This document shows, piece after piece, positions 38,980-49,229 of a stretch of 58,543 nt of DNA (the stretch's first letter is position 1; every line of letters begins with the position of its first letter). Below the pieces are notes generated by a model, which made no database searches, was not told where the DNA came from, and worked only from the letters and a program-made list of their open reading frames with translations. Position numbers and translations under genes: made by a program. Where the stretch lies: the sequence record SRR16203515_2665, one strand, 5' to 3'.

Positions 38980-39432
38980 TCAAAATCCTTTCACGTACCA
39001 AACCAAGCCAACCAATGCGCCAATCACAAGTGAGAAGCCCAAGAAGATACCGATGGCAACTGCGATGTTTTCCATCAGTTCTTCACGTTCTTTCTGTGCT
39101 TGGCGTTCGGCTTCTTTGCGTTTCTTACGGGCTTGCGCTTGGTAGCGTAGCCAGTCATCCTTGAGGCCAATGCGACCTGTGTAGACCATCAATAGTTCGA
39201 GGTCTTTTTCAGCTTGTCGTATTTCTTCAAGTGCAAGAAACTCTTCCAAATCTGTTTGGACTTTAGAAGAGAAGGGGCTGTTGGAACGTTTGCTTAGTTT
39301 CTTTTGCAGGTCGTCTTTTGATTGCACCATTGTGCCAATTGAAGACGCCACAGTGACCAGTTCACGACCTGCCTGAACTGCACCCTTTACGGTTTTATAT
39401 GCCGCTGTGAACGCCGCTAATTCAGCGAGCAT
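38980..39432 (-). CDS. Hypothetical protein with C-terminal TM anchor
   Basis: 150 aa, coiled-coil then hydrophobic tail. Confidence 0.7.
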   Translation of the reverse strand: MLAELAAFTAAYKTVKGAVQAGRELVTVASSIGTMVQSKDDLQKKLSKRSNSPFSSKVQTDLEEFLALEEIRQAEKDLELLMVYTGRIGLKDDWLRYQAQARKKRKEAERQAQKEREELMENIAVAIGIFLGFSLVIGALVGLVWYVKGF

Positions 39433-39458
39433 TCGTTAATCCAATTTGTCTGAAATTA

Positions 39459-39725
39459 TTAGTGGTTGGCCATCGCTTCGACGGCCTTCCTTATCGCTTT
39501 AATGTTCTCGTCCATTCTGGCCGTAGCGACTGCGAGAGAATACAAATTATCTTCAATTGCAGAGACACGTATTTCTAAACGAGAGAGGTCTTCACGGTTC
39601 TCTTCCACGTTTGCAATCGTCATCGTAAATACCCAAACGATTGCTACAGCTTGAACCACAAGACCAAATAGGAATGTTACAGGCACACTCTTAGAAAGGT
39701 GCCAGTTATCTTGCTGGTCTGTCAT
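39459..39725 (-). CDS. Small TM plus coiled-coil phage protein
   Basis: WHLSKSVP-hydrophobic helix followed by heptads. Confidence 0.7.
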   Translation of the reverse strand: MTDQQDNWHLSKSVPVTFLFGLVVQAVAIVWVFTMTIANVEENREDLSRLEIRVSAIEDNLYSLAVATARMDENIKAIRKAVEAMANH

Positions 39726-39738
39726 GGGGGTTTAGTGC

Positions 39739-40056
39739 TTATGCGGCTTCTTCAGGCGCGGGTTCTGGCGTAGGAATTGTTTCAACTGCCCAAGTGGCCT
39801 GATAGCCACCACCAGATTTAGCTTCGTATCCAGTTATTTGTGCAGATTCTGTCTCTGATACTGTTGGCTCGTTGGACAAATCCAAAACATACCTGTTACC
39901 ATCAACAAGAATTTCAAAGTTGTCTTCATTACTTTCAACAGCTGTACTGCCACAACCTTGGTGTTGCGTAATGTCAAAAGTATCTCTGTCTTGTATTGCT
40001 ACAATAAAATCACCACGCTCAAGATGAGAGGTGTTATCAAATATTTTAATTCGCAT
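39739..40056 (-). CDS. Hypothetical protein (tail-fibre associated position)
   Basis: AGGAG RBS; 105 aa. Confidence 0.65.
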   Translation of the reverse strand: MRIKIFDNTSHLERGDFIVAIQDRDTFDITQHQGCGSTAVESNEDNFEILVDGNRYVLDLSNEPTVSETESAQITGYEAKSGGGYQATWAVETIPTPEPAPEEAA

Positions 40057-40066
40057 TGTTTAACTC

Positions 40067-40774
40067 CTATGCATCTTCTTCAATGACCAACATTGACCAC
40101 TGCATTTTACCTGCTGCCCGTCTATCCCATTGGTTGTAATAAGAAGGCCCAGACCAATCATATAAATAAACAGTTTCACCCGCTATTGCGTGACACTCGC
40201 CTCCAAACTGGTTTGAATTAGTATAACCACTACTGTTCCAAGAGACTTGATTATGCGGCTGTATTTCGTGAACTTGTGATGTTAGAGAGGTGTTTGCCCT
40301 TCGGCCAAAAGCTAATGTTCCATTAAGGCTTATGTTATAGGCGTACATAAAATTGTTATCTAACCAATCAAAAGTAGCGTTTCTAGTTGTATATCTTTCT
40401 CTGTGAGCATCACCAATGTATAATTGGGGCGTATGGCTTGTATTATCTGTTCTAACCCAGCTATGTCCCATTTTGGGGCTGTATCTTATACTAGCGTAAT
40501 TTTCACTACTACTGTTACTACTACCAGTATTAGGCAAATAAATTAGAATAAATCGATTAGTATTGTGACCAGTTGAAGTTGTACCAGTACCATTAGTCCC
40601 AGCAAAAAAACCACATACACCATAATAGTCACTATACCCGCTTCTTATACTAGCAGTAAAACCAAGTCTCGCAATTTTGCCAGAGGGAACAGTGTACCCT
40701 GTAGACACAGCATCCCAATTATTAGTTGTTTGTGCTTGGTAAAATCCATTGTAAAATTTTATATTTCTTCCCAT
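40067..40774 (-). CDS. Hypothetical beta-rich protein, probable tail-fibre partner or receptor-binding protein
   Basis: AGGAGG RBS; YTVPSGK motif; AT-rich; follows the tail fibre. Confidence 0.65.
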   Translation of the reverse strand: MGRNIKFYNGFYQAQTTNNWDAVSTGYTVPSGKIARLGFTASIRSGYSDYYGVCGFFAGTNGTGTTSTGHNTNRFILIYLPNTGSSNSSSENYASIRYSPKMGHSWVRTDNTSHTPQLYIGDAHRERYTTRNATFDWLDNNFMYAYNISLNGTLAFGRRANTSLTSQVHEIQPHNQVSWNSSGYTNSNQFGGECHAIAGETVYLYDWSGPSYYNQWDRRAAGKMQWSMLVIEEDA

Positions 40775-40783
40775 AGCTACCTC

Positions 40784-43693
40784 CTAGAAAGCCGAGAATG
40801 CTGTACCGCCACCAGCACTGGCTACTGCGGTATCTACGTAGTTTTTGTTTGCTGCGTCAGTTCCCGATGAAACTGTGTCAACGCCTTGAATGCGGCCTGT
40901 GCCGCTAAGAGTGATGTCACCACCATGTACTGTTAGGTCACCAGCAAATTCACCGTTGCCCCCAGAGCTAACTGTAAGTCTGTTGTTTCCCGAACCATCA
41001 CGAACAATAAAGTGGTTTGAATATTGTATGTACCAACTGTTGTCGTGGTATTGCATTTTACCTGCGTGTTCGCCTGTCCAGCTACCAGAAGTTGACCGAA
41101 TGTCCGAACTATTGTTTAGGAAAACAGCATTAGCACCGCCTTTAAATTCTGCGTCACCGTTGAACTGAGTAAACGTGTCAATGTAGGTATTACTTCCTCT
41201 GATATAATTGTTATTTGTGTTATTATAATCAAAGAATGTTTGCGTCCCGCCGTTATTATTAAGCGTTATCCCACTAAATACTGGGGCGGAACTTGTTAGT
41301 ACGCCTTGGTTCAAATAGTTGCTAAACTGGTTGCCATCCCATAGGTCAGCATCTAGGCCAGAGCCAGAGCCATCTACAGTTTTGATTGCTGTCAGTATTT
41401 CACTTGCAGTCTGGTCGCCAGTAGCACCGCTTTCGATACCATCCAACTTTGAACCATCAGATGCAACGTCACGACCATCAACTGTGCCAGAAACCGCAAT
41501 ATTTCCTGTGATGTCTACACCTGTGCTGGTGGTGGCGAGTTTGGCTGAGTTGTCGTAGTAAAGGTCAACGGAGCCGTTTGAGTTTGCAATGATTGCATTT
41601 TCTGTTGCATTAACTCTAAGGGTAATATTAGGGCCATTGGTGTCTATTTTAAGACCACCTGTGCCTACCTCTCGAATAAGACTATCAGTTCCATTGTGAA
41701 AAATCTGCAAATCAGACCCAGAACCGAAGGTGGCTTTGTCGTTGTCGCCTAAGGATAGGTTGCCTGTAAGTGTACCGCCTGTCGTCATTAAAGCACCAGC
41801 AGCCGTTACATTTGCAGTATCGGTTACGTCAGCACCCGCCTCAATGCCATCTAGCTTTGCACCATCTACTGATACGTCACGACCATCTACGGTTTCTGCG
41901 CCAGAGAACGTGAGGTTGCCTGTAAGCTGCCCACCACTAAGGGGTAGGAAGCCAGAACCAGCGGTTACGCCTTGTTCCCATGCAGATGTGCTAGAGTTGT
42001 AAACCTTTAGAACGCCGCTTGTCGTATTGTAAAACAGGTCGCCATTGTCATTGTTTGTCGATGGGTCTGTTGCGCCAACGCGATAAATATCTGAAAAATC
42101 ATTTATGTTGTTGATGTTGGTTGCAACTGTGTTGACGTTGCTGATTGAACCGCCGACGCTGTTTACGTTTGTAATGTTAGTTGCAACAGTACCTATATCA
42201 CTCGCATCAGCCGCTACCGTCGTGACATCTGAAGAGATACCCGCAACAGTGGTTACGTTTCCTGAAATACCTGCAACTGTCGTGATGTTTGCGTCATTAC
42301 CAGCAACTGTGTTGATGTTGGTTGTATTCCCAGCAACGGTCGTCACATTGCCGCTTACGCCAGCAACCGTATTCACGTTCGTGATGTTTGTGCCAACCGT
42401 ATCAACATTCGTGATAGATGCGGCAACGGTTTCAATTTCAGACACCGCTTCATTCAAGTCGTTTGCAGCGGTAATAACAGCGGCAATATCGCTTGAGACT
42501 GTCGAAACGTCCGTGATGGCAGTTGCAACAGTGTTTATCTGAGAGATGTTTGTTGCGGCTGTGTTGATGTTGGCAATGTCAGTTGCAGCGGTGTTTACGT
42601 TTGTAATCGCACCCGCGACTGTATTGACGTTTGAGATTGAGCCAGCCGTTGTGTTTACGTCTGCAATTGAGTTTCCAACCGCTGTCACATTGGCGTTGTT
42701 GTTTGCAACTGTGGTGACATCAGTGGCGATACCAGTGACAGTCGTAACCGCTGCGCTAATACCTGCAACAGTGGTCACATCACCATCAATTGTGCCAACG
42801 TTGTTGACGTTTGTTATGTTGCCAGCAACCGTGTTGATATTGGCAATATCAGTCGCCGCTGTTGTGACGTTTGTATTATTTGCTGCGACTGTTGATACAG
42901 CCGTGTTAATACCTGCAACCGTCGAAATGTCTGTGTTGTTTCCAGCAACAGCAGTCACGTTTGCATCATTGTTTGCAACTGTTGTGACGTTTCCACTAAT
43001 ACCCGCCACAGTCGTGATGTTGGCATCATTCGTTGCCACTGTAGTGACGTTCGCATCGTTGTTCGCAACTGTAGTCACATCGCCGCTGATACCCGCCACT
43101 GTTGTGACGTTTGCATCAATACCTGCAACCGTGTTCACATTTGCGATGTTTGTTGCTGTGGTTGTTACGTTGGCATCATTTGTCGCCACTGTCGTGACGT
43201 TGCCAGAGATACCTGCAACGGTTGTCACGTCACTGTCTATCCCAGCGACTGTCGTCACATTTGCATCGTTATTGGCGACTGTGGTGACATTGCTGTCGAT
43301 ATTGGCAACCTTAGTCACGTCAGTCGAAATACTTGCGACTGTCAGTACGTCATCAATGTTTGCATCAACAGTAGACTTTGCATCGTTCGCAATGTCTCGT
43401 GCTTCCTCTGCCAAGTATCTGGACTGTTGATTGGCAAGGTCCAAGTCAGCTTCAAAGAGGGTCGAGCCATCGGTGAAGTCAACGAGAGCCGTGAGCGGGG
43501 TAGACCGCTTGATAATAATTTCTGCATTGCTTGCAGGGGCGGCGGTCAAATTGATGGTGCTGTCATTTACAAAGGTAAACGCACTTGCAACACCATCGAC
43601 TTCTACAACCACGTCATCACGTGAAATGTAATCAAACGTGACCGCGTACTGCGTTGTGGAACCGTCGCCTGTGTAAGTCACAATCGTGGCCAT
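40784..43693 (-). CDS. Tail fibre protein (T7 gp17-like N-terminus, long 10-aa repeat shaft)
   Basis: YTGDGSTT..F.YI, VDFTDGS.L.E.DL.LA..Q..Y anchor domain; VTTVAGIxxN repeats. Confidence 0.92.
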   Translation of the reverse strand: MATIVTYTGDGSTTQYAVTFDYISRDDVVVEVDGVASAFTFVNDSTINLTAAPASNAEIIIKRSTPLTALVDFTDGSTLFEADLDLANQQSRYLAEEARDIANDAKSTVDANIDDVLTVASISTDVTKVANIDSNVTTVANNDANVTTVAGIDSDVTTVAGISGNVTTVATNDANVTTTATNIANVNTVAGIDANVTTVAGISGDVTTVANNDANVTTVATNDANITTVAGISGNVTTVANNDANVTAVAGNNTDISTVAGINTAVSTVAANNTNVTTAATDIANINTVAGNITNVNNVGTIDGDVTTVAGISAAVTTVTGIATDVTTVANNNANVTAVGNSIADVNTTAGSISNVNTVAGAITNVNTAATDIANINTAATNISQINTVATAITDVSTVSSDIAAVITAANDLNEAVSEIETVAASITNVDTVGTNITNVNTVAGVSGNVTTVAGNTTNINTVAGNDANITTVAGISGNVTTVAGISSDVTTVAADASDIGTVATNITNVNSVGGSISNVNTVATNINNINDFSDIYRVGATDPSTNNDNGDLFYNTTSGVLKVYNSSTSAWEQGVTAGSGFLPLSGGQLTGNLTFSGAETVDGRDVSVDGAKLDGIEAGADVTDTANVTAAGALMTTGGTLTGNLSLGDNDKATFGSGSDLQIFHNGTDSLIREVGTGGLKIDTNGPNITLRVNATENAIIANSNGSVDLYYDNSAKLATTSTGVDITGNIAVSGTVDGRDVASDGSKLDGIESGATGDQTASEILTAIKTVDGSGSGLDADLWDGNQFSNYLNQGVLTSSAPVFSGITLNNNGGTQTFFDYNNTNNNYIRGSNTYIDTFTQFNGDAEFKGGANAVFLNNSSDIRSTSGSWTGEHAGKMQYHDNSWYIQYSNHFIVRDGSGNNRLTVSSGGNGEFAGDLTVHGGDITLSGTGRIQGVDTVSSGTDAANKNYVDTAVASAGGGTAFSAF

Positions 43694-43704
43694 AAATGTC
43701 TCCT

Positions 43705-43737
43705 AAAAAGAAAGAAAAACCCCGCACTTGGCGGGGC
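43705..43737 (-). terminator. Intrinsic terminator after the gp16-like gene
   Basis: GCCCCGC-CAAGT-GCGGGGT then TTTTCTTTCTTTT. Confidence 0.75.
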
Positions 43738-43742
43738 TGAAG

Positions 43743-46700
43743 TTAGTCAAGGTTCATGTCGAGAACTGGCATTTCGCCTATGTTGCCTCGTTTTGCCTTG
43801 TCGCTGTACCTATCGTACTCACGAACGCGCTGCTGCAACTCTGGAAACTCTTTGTACAAGAGCCGTTTTGCACGGTCCCTGTAGCGAGAGATTTGCCTAT
43901 TGAGCATCTGCACACGGTGACTGTCGCGTGAAAGAACAAGGTTATAATCGTCATCGTCTTTGCGATAACGGTCTTTGTTTATTTCTCTCACGAGTGCTTC
44001 TGACAGGGTACGCCCTGAAACCTTGGTTGTACCTACTAATTGGTTCCAACGTTGGTATTGCTCTGGCGTCAAAGTAATGCCGCCAATCTTACGCTCTCCA
44101 CCAGTAAACCTGTAGTTTAGCTTTTGCATTTCGCTATTGATTAGTGCGATGTCTTTGTCTTCAGGCTTCATAGATTTGACCTGAATGTACCCAAGCATTT
44201 TCTCAGGAGTTTCGAGTGGTTGTCCACTAATCCAATCATACTTGATAGGTAAGGACGAACGACCTATGCCTGACTGCTTTCTAAATTGGTCAAGAACTGT
44301 GCGCACTTCACGCAAATTGTCATCAAAGGCATTATTCAACTGGCCTGTGAAACTTGAGAACGGAAGCATAGAACCTGCACGACGCTTAAAGAAACCATCA
44401 ACTTCCCACGGTGTATCCTTTGCATTCATTATGTTTACGACGTCAGCAATACCTTGCAGGTATGTCTTACTGACGATGTTATTGCCTATTGCTGCAACGG
44501 TCATGGAAATATAACTGGATGCATCGGCGTCTGCCATTTGACCCATCTCAATCATTTCGCTGATGTCACCAACAATACCAAACGCTGTGGTCCAAGGGTC
44601 CATGCGTTGGTAGCTTATCCACTTCGGATTATCGGGTGTACCCACGTTGATTGAATAAGGTTGCCAGTTCTTTGAGTTGCGATAGAGCGCAGCCAGTTTG
44701 GGGTCTGTAGGTCCACCCCCAGTGATGCGCCCTTCAACCGCAAGATACGTTAGCGATGAGTAGATTGCTGTACCCAAAACCATCTTACCGACAGCCTGTG
44801 AACGTACTGCTGGGTCAGTGCTTCTTAACGCTTCCATATATTCTTCACGGTAAAGGTTAAGTATGGGTGTTCTATCCCATGCATTCGTCATGATGTTCAT
44901 GGGCGTTTGGATAAACGGAACAATCTGACGAAGCACAGGATGCCTATTGGCATACTCCTGAAACCCGTGTGACATCGTTCCTCGTTGCAGAGGGTTGGTA
45001 AATGTCGTCTGACGGGCTTCGTCTAGTGCTTTCATAGCATAGGCACTACGTTGGTTTGCGGCACCTAAGGTTTCGTTAATGAACTGTTCTTTGACCTTTG
45101 GGTCGTCAGCAACTTTGCCCATCAAAACCATTTCCTGCCAACGTTCTTCAGCAGAAATTTTGGTTTCAAACGCTTTTTCAAATTCAGCATCAATGAACTC
45201 TTGGCGTGAGTTGTAACCCATCTTGTTTAGGTCACCGATGCTCATACGACTTGCATCAACCACAATGTTAGAACGTAAGTTAGAACGGAAAGCGAGTTGT
45301 TTGAAAAACTCATCTTCGGTTCCAAGCGCACGAGAGGGCAGTGTGGTCGCTTTGCCAAGCAGGTCTATAACCGTCGATGCTGCTTTGTTTTGAACACCTA
45401 AAGCCTCACCAGACAAGGCACGTGTTGTGCGCTGTCCTTGCATAGAGTCAATCTTAGCAGAGTTATCAATGATAGCCTTATGGTTCCAACCTGACTTCGC
45501 AGCCATCGTTATCGCGTCCTTCATATAGGTCGCCATGTAGACGTATGTTTTTAACGCCTTGGTTGTTTCCTTACCATCAAGTCTAAAAGCCGCTCCAACC
45601 GCTCTTTCAGCAGGTCGTGCAAGCAAGTTTACCGTGTTTGATGTCATGTTCAGCGCATGGGTCGTGTAGCCAGATAGAATGCTGTTAATCCAGTATTCGT
45701 TCAGGACACGTAGCCATTTACGCTCAACGGCTTTCTTAACGTACTTTGAACGTCTCGCTTCATCATCAATGCTGCGAAGTTTCTTGGCCAACATGCGCAC
45801 ACGTTCAGAGCCACCAAAGACTGCAAGCCTGTCTAGGCTGTCGACTTTAAGCGCATCATCAGTGGCGATACGCCCAGCAGCCGTTGCACGTGCAGCAGCG
45901 GTTTGTAGACCTTTAACGTTAGCCTGTAGTTCCACATGCATCTGCATGGCATCCACCAATTGACGGTCAATTTCCTCTGTTGCTTTGCCTGTATTACTGA
46001 GCATTTCAATCTTATCGGCTAAGTCGCTGATGCGTTTGCCTGTTGATTGAAGAGCCATCTTACCAGCGACGATGCGTGAAGCCATGTCACGAGATACGGT
46101 TTCCCGTACGTTTAGGTCACGTATGAGCCTATTAACGTCTGTGCCTGTGTTCTCAGCCGTGTATTGTAGGGCTTTTGCTACGACTTCCTGCTGTGTCTCA
46201 GGCTTATCTGCACCCATCTTTTTAAAGCCATCACTCTGTGAGATGACGTCTTGTAGTGCATCAATGACCTTCGCACCTTCGACAGGGCCAGTCATGTTTT
46301 CAAAGTTAAGAAACGCACCTTCTTCCATAGAGCGCAACTCAAAGTCATTCATGTCACGCGCACGGGTTAGTGCAGCGTCAAACTTATCGCGGTCTATGAG
46401 TTCAATCTTTGGTGCGACCTCAACCTCGACAATCGGTGTCTCTGGTTGGGTAGGGGCTTCAGCTTCTACATCAGGACGGGCTACGGCTTCAGGGATAGCA
46501 GACGGTTCTTCACCTTTTGGTGCGTTTGCATCCAGTTCAGGTGCATCGCTGCCAACAGGCGTATCAACACGCTGTTCAGATTTAAGAGCAAGCATCTCGC
46601 CATCAGGCTCATAGACCGTGCCATCAGGTGCCTCGAAGGTGCCGTCTGGTTTTGCAACCAGTGCATCATCTTTGTTTGTTGCAATGCTTTCTTCGATGTC

Positions 46701-47573
46701 AGCCGCTTCAGCGTGAACTTCGTCTAACTGAGCAGCAGTTTCGTCTGATACCTCGCCAAGCTGTTTAATCTCTGTGTTGGCCTTACGACCAAGAGCGGCA
46801 AACTTAACGCTTCTGATAACGCCCTCTAAGGCCAAACCAGCAATGCCACCCTCAAGTGAGTTACGTAGTCTGTTCTCCCATTCAGGGGCGTTCACATCCG
46901 TTGCAAGAGCCTCTGTGACAGCGTTTTGCGCCCAGCCGTTTTCCTGAAGGAAAGCTGATAGGTTGGCCTCGTAGGGGTCAAAGACGGTTGCATCAACAAT
47001 GCCACCTTTAAGCATTGCGCCCACAAAGGTCTTTGCACCACCAAGCGCATAGAAGCCTGTCACAAACTGCGAAATGCCTTGAGCGACATTGCCAGCCGTA
47101 CCTTCAGGTGCGTCTATGAACTCAATCTGGTTCTCAGCAAAGTTTGTGATGGCATCTTGCGCAAGCTGGTCGCGGTTTTCCACGACCTTTTCACGTGACC
47201 AATAAGATGGCACCCAGTCTGTTTTACCGTCATTATCGCTGTCTTCCCAAACCAAGCGACCAACACCCAAGCGTTCCTCTAGGTTTTCACCGACAGTGTT
47301 TACGGTTTGGGCTGTTTCGTTGATTGCCTCCTCAACACCGTTAGCAATGCCTTGTAAGACATCACCAGCTACTGCGCTTGCTTGTTGCAGCATACCTTGG
47401 TTGGCCTGTGCCTCTGCATCAGCCGCTGCAATTTCATCTGGAGTGCGGTAGGTGCCACGCATGACATCGTCTGCTGCACCTTCACCATACATCTGGTCAA
47501 AATCATAGACGGATATGGTGCCGTCATAGAGTTGCTTTTTTGCCAACTCTAAGTCTGTAACTGTTTCTACCAT
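43743..47573 (-). CDS. Internal virion protein D (gp16-like)
   Basis: 1276 aa; position after gp14/15; DEFFKQ, PFIQTP.N, WQPYSI motifs typical of marine T7-like core proteins. Confidence 0.75.
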   Translation of the reverse strand: MVETVTDLELAKKQLYDGTISVYDFDQMYGEGAADDVMRGTYRTPDEIAAADAEAQANQGMLQQASAVAGDVLQGIANGVEEAINETAQTVNTVGENLEERLGVGRLVWEDSDNDGKTDWVPSYWSREKVVENRDQLAQDAITNFAENQIEFIDAPEGTAGNVAQGISQFVTGFYALGGAKTFVGAMLKGGIVDATVFDPYEANLSAFLQENGWAQNAVTEALATDVNAPEWENRLRNSLEGGIAGLALEGVIRSVKFAALGRKANTEIKQLGEVSDETAAQLDEVHAEAADIEESIATNKDDALVAKPDGTFEAPDGTVYEPDGEMLALKSEQRVDTPVGSDAPELDANAPKGEEPSAIPEAVARPDVEAEAPTQPETPIVEVEVAPKIELIDRDKFDAALTRARDMNDFELRSMEEGAFLNFENMTGPVEGAKVIDALQDVISQSDGFKKMGADKPETQQEVVAKALQYTAENTGTDVNRLIRDLNVRETVSRDMASRIVAGKMALQSTGKRISDLADKIEMLSNTGKATEEIDRQLVDAMQMHVELQANVKGLQTAAARATAAGRIATDDALKVDSLDRLAVFGGSERVRMLAKKLRSIDDEARRSKYVKKAVERKWLRVLNEYWINSILSGYTTHALNMTSNTVNLLARPAERAVGAAFRLDGKETTKALKTYVYMATYMKDAITMAAKSGWNHKAIIDNSAKIDSMQGQRTTRALSGEALGVQNKAASTVIDLLGKATTLPSRALGTEDEFFKQLAFRSNLRSNIVVDASRMSIGDLNKMGYNSRQEFIDAEFEKAFETKISAEERWQEMVLMGKVADDPKVKEQFINETLGAANQRSAYAMKALDEARQTTFTNPLQRGTMSHGFQEYANRHPVLRQIVPFIQTPMNIMTNAWDRTPILNLYREEYMEALRSTDPAVRSQAVGKMVLGTAIYSSLTYLAVEGRITGGGPTDPKLAALYRNSKNWQPYSINVGTPDNPKWISYQRMDPWTTAFGIVGDISEMIEMGQMADADASSYISMTVAAIGNNIVSKTYLQGIADVVNIMNAKDTPWEVDGFFKRRAGSMLPFSSFTGQLNNAFDDNLREVRTVLDQFRKQSGIGRSSLPIKYDWISGQPLETPEKMLGYIQVKSMKPEDKDIALINSEMQKLNYRFTGGERKIGGITLTPEQYQRWNQLVGTTKVSGRTLSEALVREINKDRYRKDDDDYNLVLSRDSHRVQMLNRQISRYRDRAKRLLYKEFPELQQRVREYDRYSDKAKRGNIGEMPVLDMNLD

Positions 47574-47588
47574 GTTCGTTCCTATGAA

Positions 47589-49220
47589 TTAGTCGAGAGA
47601 TGTAAATGTGGGTAGGTTTGCGGGTGTAAGTTCTGCTGTATTCTCGCCCTTAGCTTCCTGATATTTCATGAGTAATCTGCGAGATACGTCTTCTGCTATG
47701 TCTTCTTTCGCCTGTTCGTCTGGGAATTTACCATCGTTTTGGCTCATCCATTTTTGGACCTGTTGGCGATAAAACTTCTTAAACTGACTGTAAGCCCGTT
47801 GGCTGTTGGTCAGTCTTTGAACATCATAATCATCAGGGTTGCCACGCACCGCGCTTCTAAATTGGTCAGCGGCATCTGCCTCAGTGGTATTTCCATTAAA
47901 GTCCAAGCCAGCCGCTTCGTCATTCGCTGGGTCGTAGTTCTGACGCCAGTAGCTTAATTTTGTGAAAATCTCATTGCTGCCAATGCGTAAATTGGTTGCA
48001 TATGTTTCTAAAACTGAACGGGCCTCTGCTTCGGTTTTTGCCAGTGAAAGGGCTTCATCCAACGCAATTTCTGTTTCTGGAGTTTTATTAGAAGCCTCTA
48101 AATTCTTATCGTGAGCCTCTAGCAAACTCTGTATCTGCAAGGCTTCATCTACATTCTTCTCAACACCAGTTGCTTGTAGGGCAGCCATTTCTTGGTCGAT
48201 TGCAGCACGACCTTCTGCGGTTGGGTTTTCAAGATATGCAAATAAAGTCTGGTTGGCTGTTGCACGGACGGCTTCATTTGCTTCATTGACCTCACGTTCT
48301 TGTTGTACACGTCTGCGTTCTTGCAGGGTGAAAACCTTGTTCTGAATATCTATGATTTTGTCTTGTATCTTCAGAGAACTCGACGCTGTGTCAGTTCCAA
48401 ACTTAATGTTATCAAACAAGTCCAGGATGCTATCATCAGCAGTGTATTCTGAAATAGTACCAACGCCTTGCAAGACGGAGTTAATCACGTCTTCATTGCT
48501 GACGCCATCAACCTTTTTGCCATCTGCCAGAGTTTGGACGTAGCCCCCTAGTTTTTGAAGTGCTGCTTGGCGTTCTTCAAGTGTTGCACCTTCTTGCATC
48601 AGCACCATCGTTGCCATCGCAACTTGGTTTTCAAATGCCTTACGGGCAGCTTCTTTCTGCCAAGCTACGTGCTTGTCGCGCCATGCGCCTCTAAAGACTT
48701 CGTTTGATTTAGCAGCAGAGGTTCCGAAGTATTCCTGCAATTCAGAAGGAATGAACCCAGATAGGCCATTCGCCTCAATAAATTCGTTCTGAAACTTCTG
48801 AATAAAAGATTCAATGCGTTCAGGGTCACCGTTTTGGTATAACTTGCGTTGTTCTAAGACACGCTCAAGGTCATCTGCGTAGCGCATAGCCATCGTAGAC
48901 ATCTGTGAGATGCGGTAGCCTTTGCGTATATACGGGCTGGCACCTTCTTCGATTATGCCTTTCTTAACTGCATCACCAATAGCGATGCGGTTTTCGGCAT
49001 ACAAACGTTGTCCCTCAAGTATCTCTCGTTCAGCAGCCTGTTTCTCCATGCCAGCAAGGGCAGAGGTTGCTTTGCTGCTAAAACCTTCAAGTGTCTTTGC
49101 CAGTGCTGCAAGTGAACTGCGTTTTTCAGTACCTCGAACGTAGACATCCACTGGGGATGCAGTTGCAGATACTGTGGGTAATTGTCCCTCAAAAGGGTTT
49201 CCGACTACGGGTCTAGCCAT
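47589..49220 (-). CDS. Internal virion protein C (gp15-like)
   Basis: 543 aa, helical; synteny. Confidence 0.65.
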   Translation of the reverse strand: MARPVVGNPFEGQLPTVSATASPVDVYVRGTEKRSSLAALAKTLEGFSSKATSALAGMEKQAAEREILEGQRLYAENRIAIGDAVKKGIIEEGASPYIRKGYRISQMSTMAMRYADDLERVLEQRKLYQNGDPERIESFIQKFQNEFIEANGLSGFIPSELQEYFGTSAAKSNEVFRGAWRDKHVAWQKEAARKAFENQVAMATMVLMQEGATLEERQAALQKLGGYVQTLADGKKVDGVSNEDVINSVLQGVGTISEYTADDSILDLFDNIKFGTDTASSSLKIQDKIIDIQNKVFTLQERRRVQQEREVNEANEAVRATANQTLFAYLENPTAEGRAAIDQEMAALQATGVEKNVDEALQIQSLLEAHDKNLEASNKTPETEIALDEALSLAKTEAEARSVLETYATNLRIGSNEIFTKLSYWRQNYDPANDEAAGLDFNGNTTEADAADQFRSAVRGNPDDYDVQRLTNSQRAYSQFKKFYRQQVQKWMSQNDGKFPDEQAKEDIAEDVSRRLLMKYQEAKGENTAELTPANLPTFTSLD

Positions 49221-49229
49221 CTATCCCTC

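Noticed and set aside
42110-43360. Possible CRISPR array or DGR repeats
   Set aside because: The repeats are contiguous, in-frame and vary at synonymous positions; there are no spacers, cas genes or reverse transcriptase.
42105-43430. Long plus-strand ORFs (294 aa, 145 aa) over the tail fibre
   Set aside because: Antisense shadows of the repetitive Val/Thr/Ala/Asn codons; no RBS or independent features.
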